The notes under the pieces were generated by a model. That model did not search any database. It saw only the letters and a program-made list of their open reading frames with translations, and had not been told where the DNA came from. The position numbers were made by a program, and so were the translations under genes. From Candidatus Bathyarchaeota archaeon (GTDB lineage Archaea; Thermoproteota; Bathyarchaeia; Bathyarchaeales; Bathycorpusculaceae), in the NCBI GenBank assembly GCA_963832745.1, contig CAWHVC010000001.1, positions 704,001-768,000 of the forward strand: a stretch of DNA of 64,000 bases, in the 5' to 3' direction. Below, in pieces: positions 9,685 to 19,970 of this stretch (within the stretch, counting starts at the first letter, position 1; each line of letters opens with the position of its first letter).

Positions 9685-10971
9685 ATGGCAATCAATCCCG
9701 CAGACGTCGCATGGGTCCTAATGTCAACAGCACTCGTTATGCTAATGACCCCCGCATTAAGCTTCTTCTATGGAGGCTTAGTCCGAAAGAAAAACTTGGT
9801 ATCAACACTTGTCCAATGCTTAATCATCTTCGCAGTAGTAAGCCTAATCTGGTTCGGCTGGGGCTACAGCCTCGTTTACGCTCCAAGCTTCCACGGCTTA
9901 ATCGGCGATTTCTCACTTGTAGGCCTTAACCATTTAGACCTAAACACTACCAGCGTTTATGCCCCCGCGATACCTGAAGCACTATTTTTCGCTTTCCAAT
10001 TAAAATTCGCCGCAATCACCCCCGCTCTTATCATCGGCGCTTGTGCAGAAAGAATCCGCTTCAAATCCCTCTTAATCTTCGTTGCCTTATGGTCAACCCT
10101 CATTTACTGCCCAATCGCCCATTGGGTATGGAACACCGATGGCTGGCTCCACATTTTAGGCGCCTACGACTTTGCAGGCGGCATAGTAGTCCATGTTGCA
10201 GCCGGCTTATCCGCACTTGCAGCGGCACTAGTAATTGGCAGACGAAAAGGCTGCATTTACTGGAAAGACCAACTAAAATCCCTAAACCATCAAAACCCAC
10301 AAGCCCCCGCAATGGGAACCGAATTTAAACCAACAAACATCCCCTACGTCATATTAGGAGCTGGGCTTCTATGGTTTGGCTGGTTTGGTTTCAACGGTGG
10401 TAGCGCGCTTGCAGCCGACAGCATCGCGGTCGCAGCTGTAGTCTCAACCAATCTGGCAGCCGCAGCAGCCGCAGTCAGTTGGATGCTTGTTGACTGGGTA
10501 ACCAAAGGCAAACCATCAGCGGTCGGCATCTCGGTTGGTGCAGTCTGTGGAATGGCAGCGGTTACGGCAGCGGCAGGTTACATCAACTTTTCAGAAGCTG
10601 TCCTCATTGGGTTAGTTGCGGGTGTAGTTTCAAACCTAATCGCGAACTGGCGTTTAGGCAGGTCAAGAATTGACGATACCCTTGACGTGTTTGCTTGCCA
10701 CGGCATCGGCGGTATCATCGGCGCAATTGCAGTCGGCTTATTCGCTAATACACTGGTGAATCCAACGGTGTCTGGTCTATTCTATGGAAACCCTATGCAG
10801 TTGGGCATTCAAGCCTTGGCAGTTGTGGTGGTAGCAGTGTTTGCTTTCGTTGGCTCCTACCTGCTCTTACGATTGGTCGATGTGTTCTCGCCTTTACGTG
10901 TTAGCCCTGAAGAAGAAGATGCAGGTTTAGACCTCAGTCAACACGGCGAAGAAGCATACCAACTCGATTAA
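9685..10971 (+). CDS. amtB: Ammonium transporter 3 (Amt), tandem paralog of amt2
   Basis: Same motifs as amt2, with an identical HGEEAYQLD terminus. Confidence 0.97.
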   Translation: MAINPADVAWVLMSTALVMLMTPALSFFYGGLVRKKNLVSTLVQCLIIFAVVSLIWFGWGYSLVYAPSFHGLIGDFSLVGLNHLDLNTTSVYAPAIPEALFFAFQLKFAAITPALIIGACAERIRFKSLLIFVALWSTLIYCPIAHWVWNTDGWLHILGAYDFAGGIVVHVAAGLSALAAALVIGRRKGCIYWKDQLKSLNHQNPQAPAMGTEFKPTNIPYVILGAGLLWFGWFGFNGGSALAADSIAVAAVVSTNLAAAAAAVSWMLVDWVTKGKPSAVGISVGAVCGMAAVTAAAGYINFSEAVLIGLVAGVVSNLIANWRLGRSRIDDTLDVFACHGIGGIIGAIAVGLFANTLVNPTVSGLFYGNPMQLGIQALAVVVVAVFAFVGSYLLLRLVDVFSPLRVSPEEEDAGLDLSQHGEEAYQLD

Positions 10972-11074
10972 CCCGTCTTTTCTTTTTGACGTATTTTTTG
11001 CTTTTTTCCGTTTACGGTCGTCTTTTTCTGTAGTTTAGGCAAGCGTTATAAGATTTAAAATATGATAGTAGCCC

Positions 11075-12694
11075 ATGCGAGGGCAATTTAGGCAACGTAC
11101 GTTTCTTTGCTTGACCCTCATTGTTACGGTTTGTCTACTTTTAGGAAGTTCTCATCAGGCTAACGCCTGTTATGGCCCGCATATAATGGGGGAAATAGAC
11201 AAAACGGAAGTAGACCTAAATGATACAATAACCGTTAATGGTTGGGTTTGTCCCCCTGAATACAACAAATCTGTACGCATAGACTTCACACGACCCGACT
11301 ACACCTACATTGATATTTGGTTAACAACCGATGAAAACGGCAATTTTAGTTACACACAAAAACTTGACATGATAGGCTACTGGAACGTATTCGTTATTGA
11401 CGGGCACATGTGTGACCGGCTGCATGCAATCGTTAGTGACCCTACAGACCCTGCCGCGCCCGTTCCAACACCAATACCCTTACCGCCTTACCGACCCAAT
11501 TATTCGGTTATCGCATTAGCTTCCGTCAGTATAGCAGGCGCAGTTGCAGCATTAGCCGTGGGCAGAACCAATCGCACAAGAAAAATTAGTGGACTCCGCC
11601 TGTTTATACAAGTAACTTTCGTGTTTCTGATTTTCACAGGCATCTTTATCGACCACCAAAACCTACCAATCCCCGCAGAGCAAATCTCACCCCACGAAGT
11701 ATTAATAGCCAATCAACTATTCGGCGTTCACTTGCCCGACGGCATCCCCGTGCCCTTTTACGGCTGCTATTATCCATGCGGTAAAACTGTAACCTGTGCG
11801 CTTTGGGAGCTTCAAACAAACATTTACCCATTCTGGGACGTGGGTAAAGGTTGGGGAGTAGCCTATGATTCTACTGGGTTGGCGCGGTTGGCAGTCTTGT
11901 TTGGCATTTTAATCTTTTCCGCCGTTCTGCTTGGCAGAGCCTTCTGCGGTTGGATATGTCCCTTTGGATTATACACTGACCTCATGACCCGACTGCGGAA
12001 AGCCCTGAGAATTCGTCACCGCAAATTCAGTGACAGATTCAACACGCGTTTCCACCAGTTAAGCTACGTTATCTTAGCATTAATCATAGTTTTATGCGTC
12101 GTTTTTGGTTCCCAAGCATTAGCAGGAACCCAACTTGTCGAAGGCACCGAACAAGGCGGCTTTATCTACAACAATTTTGCTGCCCCATTCTGTCAAGTAT
12201 GCCCCATGAAACCCCTATGTCTGCTAACTCAAACCAGCCTCGGCTTAATGCGTCCCGAATGGCTCGTGGAAAGTACAACAGGCGTCTTCTATCAACTGGG
12301 TTACTACATAACCTCAACAAACGTCATAATTCTCGGCGTCGTCACGGCAGCGGCATTCTTCTTTAGGCGTTCATGGTGCCAAATTTGCCCCTTGGGCGCG
12401 TTAATTGCCCTTTTTAACAGGTTTCCGCCGTTCAAATGGATAAGCGGTGTGCGGCTTGAAAAGGCAGAGGAGAAATGCACCAAATGTGGCATCTGCAAAC
12501 GTGTCTGCCCCACCCAAGTTAAAGAAGTATATGAACAGAAAAGTGGTGACGTCGCTTCTTCCCAATGCATCTACTGCTTGCGGTGCGTGGAAATGTGTCC
12601 GTATGAGGATTGCCTTAAATTCAAGTTTGCAGGCAAAACAGTTTGCAAATCTCGCAACTGGTTAAATAGGTCTGATAGGAAAGTGATTGATTAA
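11075..12694 (+). CDS. NapH/NosR/RdxA-like membrane polyferredoxin with an extracellular N-terminal domain
   Basis: Signal peptide, Ig-like segment and Pro-rich linker; CGWICP, CQVCP and CQICP motifs; two CxxCxxCxxxCP ferredoxin motifs. Confidence 0.85.
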   Translation: MRGQFRQRTFLCLTLIVTVCLLLGSSHQANACYGPHIMGEIDKTEVDLNDTITVNGWVCPPEYNKSVRIDFTRPDYTYIDIWLTTDENGNFSYTQKLDMIGYWNVFVIDGHMCDRLHAIVSDPTDPAAPVPTPIPLPPYRPNYSVIALASVSIAGAVAALAVGRTNRTRKISGLRLFIQVTFVFLIFTGIFIDHQNLPIPAEQISPHEVLIANQLFGVHLPDGIPVPFYGCYYPCGKTVTCALWELQTNIYPFWDVGKGWGVAYDSTGLARLAVLFGILIFSAVLLGRAFCGWICPFGLYTDLMTRLRKALRIRHRKFSDRFNTRFHQLSYVILALIIVLCVVFGSQALAGTQLVEGTEQGGFIYNNFAAPFCQVCPMKPLCLLTQTSLGLMRPEWLVESTTGVFYQLGYYITSTNVIILGVVTAAAFFFRRSWCQICPLGALIALFNRFPPFKWISGVRLEKAEEKCTKCGICKRVCPTQVKEVYEQKSGDVASSQCIYCLRCVEMCPYEDCLKFKFAGKTVCKSRNWLNRSDRKVID

Positions 12695-13647
12695 TGAACA
12701 AAAAAACAATGTATAGTGCTTTGATTGTTTTCTTACTAGTAAGTATACCCTTAGCAATCTTTACTGTACCAGCCTTAGGGGATGATGATGCTGTAATTCG
12801 GTATACAATCGTGATTCAGGAAAACGGCAAAATCTACCCCGCAGACGCGCCTATACAAATCGACGGCGACACCTACGTTTTAACCCAAGACATCAACGAC
12901 CCCATCCTGATTGAGAAAAGCAACATCATCTTCAACGGCGCCGGTCACGCTCTTATTGGTCCACTTACCGAGGCGCAACATAAATATGGACAAGTAACAG
13001 GGTGGGGTCCTGACTACGAGGAAGAGGTGCCGTACATTATCGGCATAGACGTTAACGATGACGTGTCAGGTGTAGTTATCACTGATTTAACTGTTTACAA
13101 TTTCTCTATCGGCGCATACATCCGTTCAATAAATAACACCTTGCAGGACTGCAGCATTTACAACAACATTGTCGGTATACTGCTTTCAGGTTCAGGAAAC
13201 CACATAACCTACAACAACATCACCGGCAACCAGCAGGGATTATTTTTCGGGTTTGAAACCGTTAACGACATGGGAAACATTCCTTCTGACATCCTAATCA
13301 GCCATAACTGTTTTATCAGCAATAATCAACAGCTTAGCGGCTGCGTTTGCAAAGAATACAACATGACTGAGGAGCGGCATTCTTGGGATGACGGCAAAGA
13401 AGGCAACTACTGGAGCGACTATAATGGCATCGATGCAGACGGCGACGGCATAGGTGATACGCCTTATGTGGTTGACATTTTAAACCAAGACAGTTACCCC
13501 TTAATGCAGATTCCTGTTGCGCAAGCCAACGAAGAAACACCGTTTCCTTCCTACCTAAACCTGATAATTTTCATTGCAGCTTTCATAGCAATCGCAGTTG
13601 TTGCACGTCTTGCTTGGCCTCGTTTACATCGGAAAGTTAGCGCTTAG
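12694..13647 (+). CDS. Surface protein with NosD/right-handed beta-helix domain and C-terminal TM anchor
   Basis: Asn-rich beta-helix repeats; GNYWSDYNGIDADGDGIGDTPY motif; TAATG overlap with the upstream gene. Confidence 0.85.
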   Translation: MNKKTMYSALIVFLLVSIPLAIFTVPALGDDDAVIRYTIVIQENGKIYPADAPIQIDGDTYVLTQDINDPILIEKSNIIFNGAGHALIGPLTEAQHKYGQVTGWGPDYEEEVPYIIGIDVNDDVSGVVITDLTVYNFSIGAYIRSINNTLQDCSIYNNIVGILLSGSGNHITYNNITGNQQGLFFGFETVNDMGNIPSDILISHNCFISNNQQLSGCVCKEYNMTEERHSWDDGKEGNYWSDYNGIDADGDGIGDTPYVVDILNQDSYPLMQIPVAQANEETPFPSYLNLIIFIAAFIAIAVVARLAWPRLHRKVSA

Positions 13648-13700
13648 TCGTACGCTACTTTTTTATCATTATCTTCGTAACCTTTAACTGGCGATTTACA

Positions 13701-14276
13701 ATGAAAGTTGTTGCTTTTAACGGAAGCCCAAGAACAGATGGAAACACCTCCATCCTAATCAAACATGCCCTAAAAGCCCTACAAGAAGAAGGCATAGAAA
13801 CCGAATTCATCCAGCTCGGTGGCCAAATGATTCACGGCTGCATGGCCTGTGGAACATGCGCAAAACTGCAAAACAAAGAATGCAAAATCGTAAACGACAA
13901 CGTTAACCTTTACATTCAAAAGATGACTGAAGCAGACGGCATAATTTTGGGGTCTCCAACGTATTTTTCGATGATGACTCCTGAACTCAAAGCCCTAATT
14001 GACCGGGCAGGCTATGTCGGCATGTACAATGGTCACCTGTTTAAACGCAAAATCGGCGCCGCCGTAGTAGCCGTACGCAGAACAGGTGCCATGCCAACCT
14101 TTGATGCCATTAACCACTTCTTCCTTATCAGCGAAATGATTGTTCCCGGCTCCATCTACTGGAATGTCGGCATCGGGCGCAAAGCAGGTGAAGTAGAACA
14201 AGACGAGGAAGGTCTCAAAACAATGGACGCTTTAGGAAAAAATATGGCTTGGCTGCTAAAGAAACTAAACCCTTAA
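13701..14276 (+). CDS. Iron-sulfur flavoprotein / NADPH-dependent FMN reductase family
   Basis: GSPRTDGNT, CMACGTC-x6-C, GSPTYF. Confidence 0.92.
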   Translation: MKVVAFNGSPRTDGNTSILIKHALKALQEEGIETEFIQLGGQMIHGCMACGTCAKLQNKECKIVNDNVNLYIQKMTEADGIILGSPTYFSMMTPELKALIDRAGYVGMYNGHLFKRKIGAAVVAVRRTGAMPTFDAINHFFLISEMIVPGSIYWNVGIGRKAGEVEQDEEGLKTMDALGKNMAWLLKKLNP

Positions 14277-14297
14277 TCTGCTTTGGTAGGTTACTTT

Positions 14298-15422
14298 ATG
14301 CTTACTCGTAACTTAGGCAAGTCTGGAATAAAAGTCGGGGAAATCGGGTTAGGCACAGAGCACCTAAAAACTGCTAGCCCCAAAGTTGTAAAGTCTGTTG
14401 TTGATTTTGCTGTGCAGGAAGGCATTAACTATTTTGACCTCCTGTTTAACTTAACTGGTTACTTACAAAGTTTTGGTGAAGTCTTCAAGCCGCACAGAGA
14501 CCAACTTGTGCTCACAACGCATATTGGTTCATCCGAACGGGAAGGTCAATACTTTAAAACCCGCAACGTTGATGAATGCGAAAAAACCTTCAACCACACC
14601 CTAAAACAGCTTAACACGAGCTACGCAGACATCGCTAACATACACTACATAAAAGACATGAAGGAATACAACGAAATAGCCAAAACCGGCGGCGTTCTCG
14701 AGTTAGTTGAACGTTTAAAATCTCAAGGAAAAGCACGGCTAATTGGCATAAGCACTCACGACGTTCAAGTGGTTCAGGAAATTGCCCAGAATGGGCCATT
14801 TGATGTAGTGACTTTTCACATTAACTTTGCAAACAATGCCTTGCCAAACAGGAACGAAGCATTGGCAGCTTGCGCTCGTAATGGCGTGGCTGTTGTGGCG
14901 ATGAAGCCTTTTGCTGGTGGTACATTGCTTATGAAAAATGAAACTGTCCGCATCAGCGCCATTAGAAAAGGCGGAGGAAAAACCGTTAAATTCCAAATTC
15001 CGCAAGAAATGACAACCACTCGCTGCCTCGCATATGCCTTATCGCAAATTGGTGTCTCAACAGTAATCCCCGGGGTCAAAAACCTTCAGGAACTAAAAGA
15101 AATAACGGCTTACCAAACCGCAACCTCCGAGCAGAAAGATTATTCTGAAATTATCGCTGGTTTTAAAGAGTACAATACTGGGCATTGCGTTTATTGTAAT
15201 CATTGTCTTCCATGCCCCTTAAAAATTGATGTAGGACAGGTAACACGTTTGCTTGACAGCGCAGAAGGAATCCCGAACAGTAGTGTCCAAGCTGAATATG
15301 CTAAACTTGAAGTCAAAGCGTCTAAATGCTCTAAATGCGGTTCATGCATGACACGGTGTCCCTTTGGTGTTAACATCGTCGGTAATATGGAAAAAGCTAG
15401 GGTTGCTTTTGAAAAATATTAA
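14298..15422 (+). CDS. Aldo/keto reductase with C-terminal 4Fe-4S dicluster
   Basis: RNLGKSGIKVGEIGLG, AMKPFAGG, CVYCNHCLPCP, CSKCGSCMTRCP. Confidence 0.92.
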   Translation: MLTRNLGKSGIKVGEIGLGTEHLKTASPKVVKSVVDFAVQEGINYFDLLFNLTGYLQSFGEVFKPHRDQLVLTTHIGSSEREGQYFKTRNVDECEKTFNHTLKQLNTSYADIANIHYIKDMKEYNEIAKTGGVLELVERLKSQGKARLIGISTHDVQVVQEIAQNGPFDVVTFHINFANNALPNRNEALAACARNGVAVVAMKPFAGGTLLMKNETVRISAIRKGGGKTVKFQIPQEMTTTRCLAYALSQIGVSTVIPGVKNLQELKEITAYQTATSEQKDYSEIIAGFKEYNTGHCVYCNHCLPCPLKIDVGQVTRLLDSAEGIPNSSVQAEYAKLEVKASKCSKCGSCMTRCPFGVNIVGNMEKARVAFEKY

Positions 15423-15650
15423 AACATCAATTTTTTGCTTGGTCAGACTTATGGTACTTTCTTTTTCTTAATTTTTATTACCTCTGGGTTGAAGGTTTTG
15501 TTTTTCGTTGCTTTTTTGTAATAGCGTTAGGTTTGTTTGCTGCTTGCATCAGATTGCGTCACTATGAGTCGTTTGGCGTCATAAATAGTCAACAGAATTT
15601 AACTTACTTAAAAAATGAAAAGAAGAGAGCGTTTAACTCTCTGCGCCTGT

Positions 15651-17268
15651 TTATTTCATGATGGCTTTTAGATCTTCGTCTGCAGTGGCGATTGGCATGA
15701 TGTTGAATTTCTCAACCAGAACTTTGAGGATGTTTGGCGTGATAAATGCGGGTAGGCTTGGTCCGATGCGTATGTCTTTTATGCCCAAGTACAGCAGCGA
15801 TAGGAGTATGGCTACCGCTTTTTGTTCATACCATGACAACACAATCGAAAGTGGCAGGTCATTAACGCCAACATGGAATGCGTCAGCTAAAGCTTGAGCG
15901 ATTTTTACTGCAGAGTACGCGTCATTGCATTGACCGATATCGAGCAGTCGCGGAATTTCGTCGATTGTGCCAAGGTCTTTGTCGAAGAATCGGAATTTGC
16001 CGCATGCCAATGTGAGGATTACTGTGTTTTTTGGTGCCTTTTCTACGAGTTCCGTGTAGTAGCCTCTGGAGCCTTTTGCGCCGTCACATCCACCGACGAG
16101 CAGGAACTTTTTGATGTGTCCATCTTTTACGCTTTGAATCACCTTGTCAGCGACGCTTAAGACTGCATTTCTGCCGAATCCGACCATGACGGTTTTGCCT
16201 TCGGTGTCAGCTGGGAAACCAGGCATTTCAAGAGCTTTCTGAATGACTTGCGAGAAGTCACTGTTTTCGATGTGTTTGACCCCTGGCCAACCTACTGGTC
16301 CAGCGGTGAAGATATTGCTGCTGTAGCTGTCCATGGGTTTTTGGATGCAGTTTGTAGTCATCACTATTGGGCCTGGGAACTGAGCGAATTCTTTTTGTTG
16401 GTTAAACCATGCTGTGCCGTAGTGTCCGTAGAAGTGTGGGTAAGCTTTGAGTTTGGGGTAACCGTGGGTTGGAAGCATTTCGCCGTGAGTGTAAACGTAG
16501 ATTCCTTTGCCTTCTGATTGCTTGAGAATTTCTTCGAGGTCGGCAAGGTCGTGTCCTGAAACAAGAATCGCTTTGCCCTTCTTTGCGCCCAGCGGCACTT
16601 TTGTTGGGATTGGATGACCATAAGTTTCTGTGTTGCCGGCGTCAAGTAGTTCCATGGCGCGAATGTTGACTTCTCCGCACTTGAAAACTAAGCCTACAAA
16701 ATCGTTAACGCCAAGGGACTTGTCTAAGGGGGCTGCTAAGCCTTGATAAATAAAGTTGAAGACTGCTTCATCCTTCTTGCCCAAAATGTAAGCGTGATAC
16801 GCGTAAGCGGCGACTCCTTTTAATCCGTAGGTTAGAAGCCACTGTAGTGAATGCAGGTCAGGGTCAATGGTTGTGTTAGCGTTTATTCCAACTTTTTTGC
16901 CCTGAGCAATTAAGCCCTCCATTGAAGCGTTCAACTGGCTGAAATGCTGTTTCTATTTTGAGTTGCTTTTCAACTTGTCCCTGAAGTTCCTCAGACTCTC
17001 TTAGATACTTAACTATCGAGTCGGGATCAAAATTTACGTTAGTCAGCGTTACAAATAGAGCTTCGGCGATGAAAACGTCGATTTTTTCGTCTTTGAAACC
17101 AGATTCTTTTGCTTTATTCATAAGCTGGCTTAATTCGCGTAGCTTGTAAACCAAAAGGTCTTGGAGTGTGGCTACCTGCGGGTTTTTGCCGCACACACCC
17201 ATAATGGTGCAGCCTTGTCCTTTGGCTGTTTGTTCACATTGGTAACAGAACATTTGATTTTGGCTCAT
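15651..17268 (-). CDS. hcp: Hybrid cluster protein (hydroxylamine/NO reductase), split by one frameshift near 16930
   Basis: MFCYQCEQTAKGQGCTIMGVCGK N-terminus in one frame; SGHDL, THGEML, GGCDG, GQCND and SWYEQK in the next frame. Confidence 0.93.
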
Positions 17269-17384
17269 TAATAATCACTGAAAATAATATAGGTGATTTT
17301 TGTAGATAGATATTTCCCCTTACTAGTATGGGATTAGGTTTTTTTGGAAAAATTAACAAGCCAGACTGCACTTCTTTTTCCAAC

Positions 17385-18083
17385 ATGAAACGATTAGGAA
17401 TAATCATTCCATCATCAAACACAACAGTCGAACCCGAATTCTCCAAAACCCTGCAAAGTTTTGATGTTACACTACATTTTGCAAGAATTCACCTAAACAA
17501 CGTTACTGTAAAAGACCTACAAGACATGGAAAAAGAAACAGAGACAGCCACCAAACTCTTGAGTGATGCCGCAGTCGACCTAATCGTGTTTGCCTGCACA
17601 TCCGGCAGTCTCATCAACGGGTTAGGTTATGACAAAGCTATTGCAGAAAAAATAGCCAAAACTGCCGGGTGTCCAGCAGTTACAACTTCGAGCGCTGTAA
17701 TTGACGCGTTAAACGCTTTGAAAGTCCAAAAGATTGCTTTAGCAACGCCCTACATTGCTGAAGTTGCCGAAAAAGAGGCAGATTTTCTTACAAAAAACGG
17801 TTTTACCATAGTAAACCACCAATCTTTGGGTATTAAAGAAAACCTGAAAATTGGCAAACTTGATCCAAACGACGCTCAAAAACTTACTCAAAAAGCCGAT
17901 TCCCCGCTTGCCCAAGCCGTCTTCATTAGCTGCACAAACTTCCAAACATTTGAGACGCTGCCATTTCTTGAAGCGCAACTTAACAAGCCTGTAGTCAGCA
18001 GCAACTCCGCTACGCTTTGGGCAGCTCTAGGAATGCTAAAAGTGACTGTGCAGGTTAATCTTGGTAGGCTGTTTAAGGTTTAG
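17385..18083 (+). CDS. Maleate cis-trans isomerase / Asp-Glu racemase family
   Basis: GIIIPSSNTTVEPE, FACTSGS, ISCTNF, VVSSNSATLW. Confidence 0.92.
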   Translation: MKRLGIIIPSSNTTVEPEFSKTLQSFDVTLHFARIHLNNVTVKDLQDMEKETETATKLLSDAAVDLIVFACTSGSLINGLGYDKAIAEKIAKTAGCPAVTTSSAVIDALNALKVQKIALATPYIAEVAEKEADFLTKNGFTIVNHQSLGIKENLKIGKLDPNDAQKLTQKADSPLAQAVFISCTNFQTFETLPFLEAQLNKPVVSSNSATLWAALGMLKVTVQVNLGRLFKV

Positions 18084-18709
18084 AGTTCTTCTTTAAAGTA
18101 GTGCTCCAGAAGTCTACGGGTACCTCGGCGCATTATTTCTGAAAGCGTCGCTGGGCTAATGCCAAGTTTTTTGGCGAGTTGGGTCATGTCTACCTGTCTT
18201 GGGTAATCAAAAAAGCCGCTTTTTAGCGCAAGCCAGAAAATGCGTTCCTGATTTTCGGTTAAGATACCTATTTGCTGTTCGAATTTACCAATTTTACGCA
18301 CGTATACTTTGTGACCAGTTTTTTCCAGCTCTGCAAGGATGGCTTGGTAGGCTTCAAAAGTGGGAACCATAAAACTGTAAGTTATCATGTTGTCTTCCAA
18401 GCTTTTGCCGGAAACCAAGAAAGCGTCGTGAGCCAGAATAGCGTTACAAACTTCACAGCCTTCACTTTCCATCCAAACTGCCGACTTGTTTTCCACACGT
18501 TTATGCGTGACGAGTTCTTTAGGCACCTTTTTGGCTTGCTCCTCGCCTATGTCCATTAAATGTTTAACTGAGCCTTTGGTTGAGCTGCGTACATCTACAA
18601 CTTTTAGGTGCTTTAAACCTAAGGCGGTAAGTTTTTTGACCATTTTGCATTGTTTGTTTTCAACCTCAAGTACAACATGGTATGGTTCACGCCAAGCAGA
18701 CGACATCAA
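18080..18709 (-). CDS. Bacterio-opsin-activator-type (HTH_10) transcriptional regulator
   Basis: LTENQERIFWLALKSGFFDYPRQVDMTQLAKKLGISPATLSEIMRRG. Confidence 0.9.
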   Translation of the reverse strand: MMSSAWREPYHVVLEVENKQCKMVKKLTALGLKHLKVVDVRSSTKGSVKHLMDIGEEQAKKVPKELVTHKRVENKSAVWMESEGCEVCNAILAHDAFLVSGKSLEDNMITYSFMVPTFEAYQAILAELEKTGHKVYVRKIGKFEQQIGILTENQERIFWLALKSGFFDYPRQVDMTQLAKKLGISPATLSEIMRRGTRRLLEHYFKEEL

Positions 18710-18768
18710 ATCAACCCTTACAATTTAGGGTTACATAGATAGCCATAGTTAAAATTGTTTATAAAAAA

Positions 18769-19920
18769 TTAGGAAAAAACGTTTAGGTTATTGGTGCGGG
18801 TCTTTCTCCCAACACAACCGTGGCATGTATTGCTTACATTATCTCTCATAACCGTTACTTCCACGCTTTGACCCGGCAAAGTTTTTTCTTCAAGATAACT
18901 TGCTAAATCGTCATTGTTTTTGATTTTAACATCGTTTAAGGCTATGATTATGTCGCCGACTTGAAGCTTGCCATCTGAGGGGCCACCGTTAACAACTAAA
19001 TTGACTCGCCAGCCATACGTAACGCTTGAACCAATCTCTTGAGCTACGCCGTAATTCATATCATTGCCATTTATTCCTAAATAAGAGTGACCCGTGTATG
19101 TGCCTGTTGTTATCAAAGCACCAATTTCTCTAAGAATCGTGTTTGAAGGAATCGCAAAAGCTAATCCCTGTGAATCAGAAACAACCGCCGTCGTCACACC
19201 TATAACTTCGCCAGCCGCATTTAACATTGGACCGCCAGAGTTGCCTGGATTAATTGGCGTGCTGGTTTGGATAATGTTTGCAATAGAAAAACGGTTTGAT
19301 GTATCTTCATTAATGGACCTGCCAAGTGCACTGATAACACCTGTAGTTAAAGAGCCCACAAGCCCATAGGGGTTTCCAATCGCGATTACCTGTTCACCAA
19401 CACGTAGAGTGGATGAACTTGCTATTTGAAGAGGCTTAAATTCTTCTGTTGGAGCGTTAACGGAGACTATTGCAAGATCTGCGTATGGGTCTGATCCAAG
19501 AACAGTTGCTGAGTAACCGTTGCCGTTTTGGAATGTGACACTTAACTGATCTGTTCCTTGAACAACATGATAATTGGTGATTACAACGTTACGTCCTTGA
19601 TAATTGTAAACAAAACCTGAAGCTTGCACGGTTCCGTCACTGGTTGTTCCTTGAACCAAAACCACTGAATCTTTAACTTGCTGGTACAATTCGGCAAGCG
19701 AGGTGCCATTCTGGTAGATTGTAATGTTTTGGTAAGTTGCATTCTGAAAACCCTGCAGTTCAGAAACCTGCGCCTGTAAACCTGAAACTTGAGCCTCTAA
19801 ACCGCTTGTATCGCTTATTGTTACGAAAAATATTGTAATTCCGCCGACAAGTATTCCTGCAACAAAAAGCATAATGAGTAAACTTGTCATCGCTTTATTG
19901 TGACCCTTAATTAGACTCAT
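18769..19920 (-). CDS. HtrA/DegP-like membrane-anchored serine protease with PDZ domain
   Basis: TNYHVV, DLAIV, GNSGGPM. A probable frameshift near 18826 replaces the expected ATVVLGERPAPIT* terminus. Confidence 0.93.
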   Translation of the reverse strand: MSLIKGHNKAMTSLLIMLFVAGILVGGITIFFVTISDTSGLEAQVSGLQAQVSELQGFQNATYQNITIYQNGTSLAELYQQVKDSVVLVQGTTSDGTVQASGFVYNYQGRNVVITNYHVVQGTDQLSVTFQNGNGYSATVLGSDPYADLAIVSVNAPTEEFKPLQIASSSTLRVGEQVIAIGNPYGLVGSLTTGVISALGRSINEDTSNRFSIANIIQTSTPINPGNSGGPMLNAAGEVIGVTTAVVSDSQGLAFAIPSNTILREIGALITTGTYTGHSYLGINGNDMNYGVAQEIGSSVTYGWRVNLVVNGGPSDGKLQVGDIIIALNDVKIKNNDDLASYLEEKTLPGQSVEVTVMRDNVSNTCHGCVGRKTRTNNLNVFS

Positions 19921-19970
19921 GTAAGTACCCTTCTAAAAAACAAGTAAAAAGATAGAGAAATAAAAGTTTG

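Noticed and set aside
11075-13647. Nitrous-oxide reductase (nos) cluster
   Set aside because: No nosZ/F/Y/L in the window; NosD-like beta-helices are common in archaeal surface proteins
16876-16934. Programmed ribosomal frameshift in hcp
   Set aside because: No slippery heptamer or evident stimulatory structure; same pattern as the other single-base insertions
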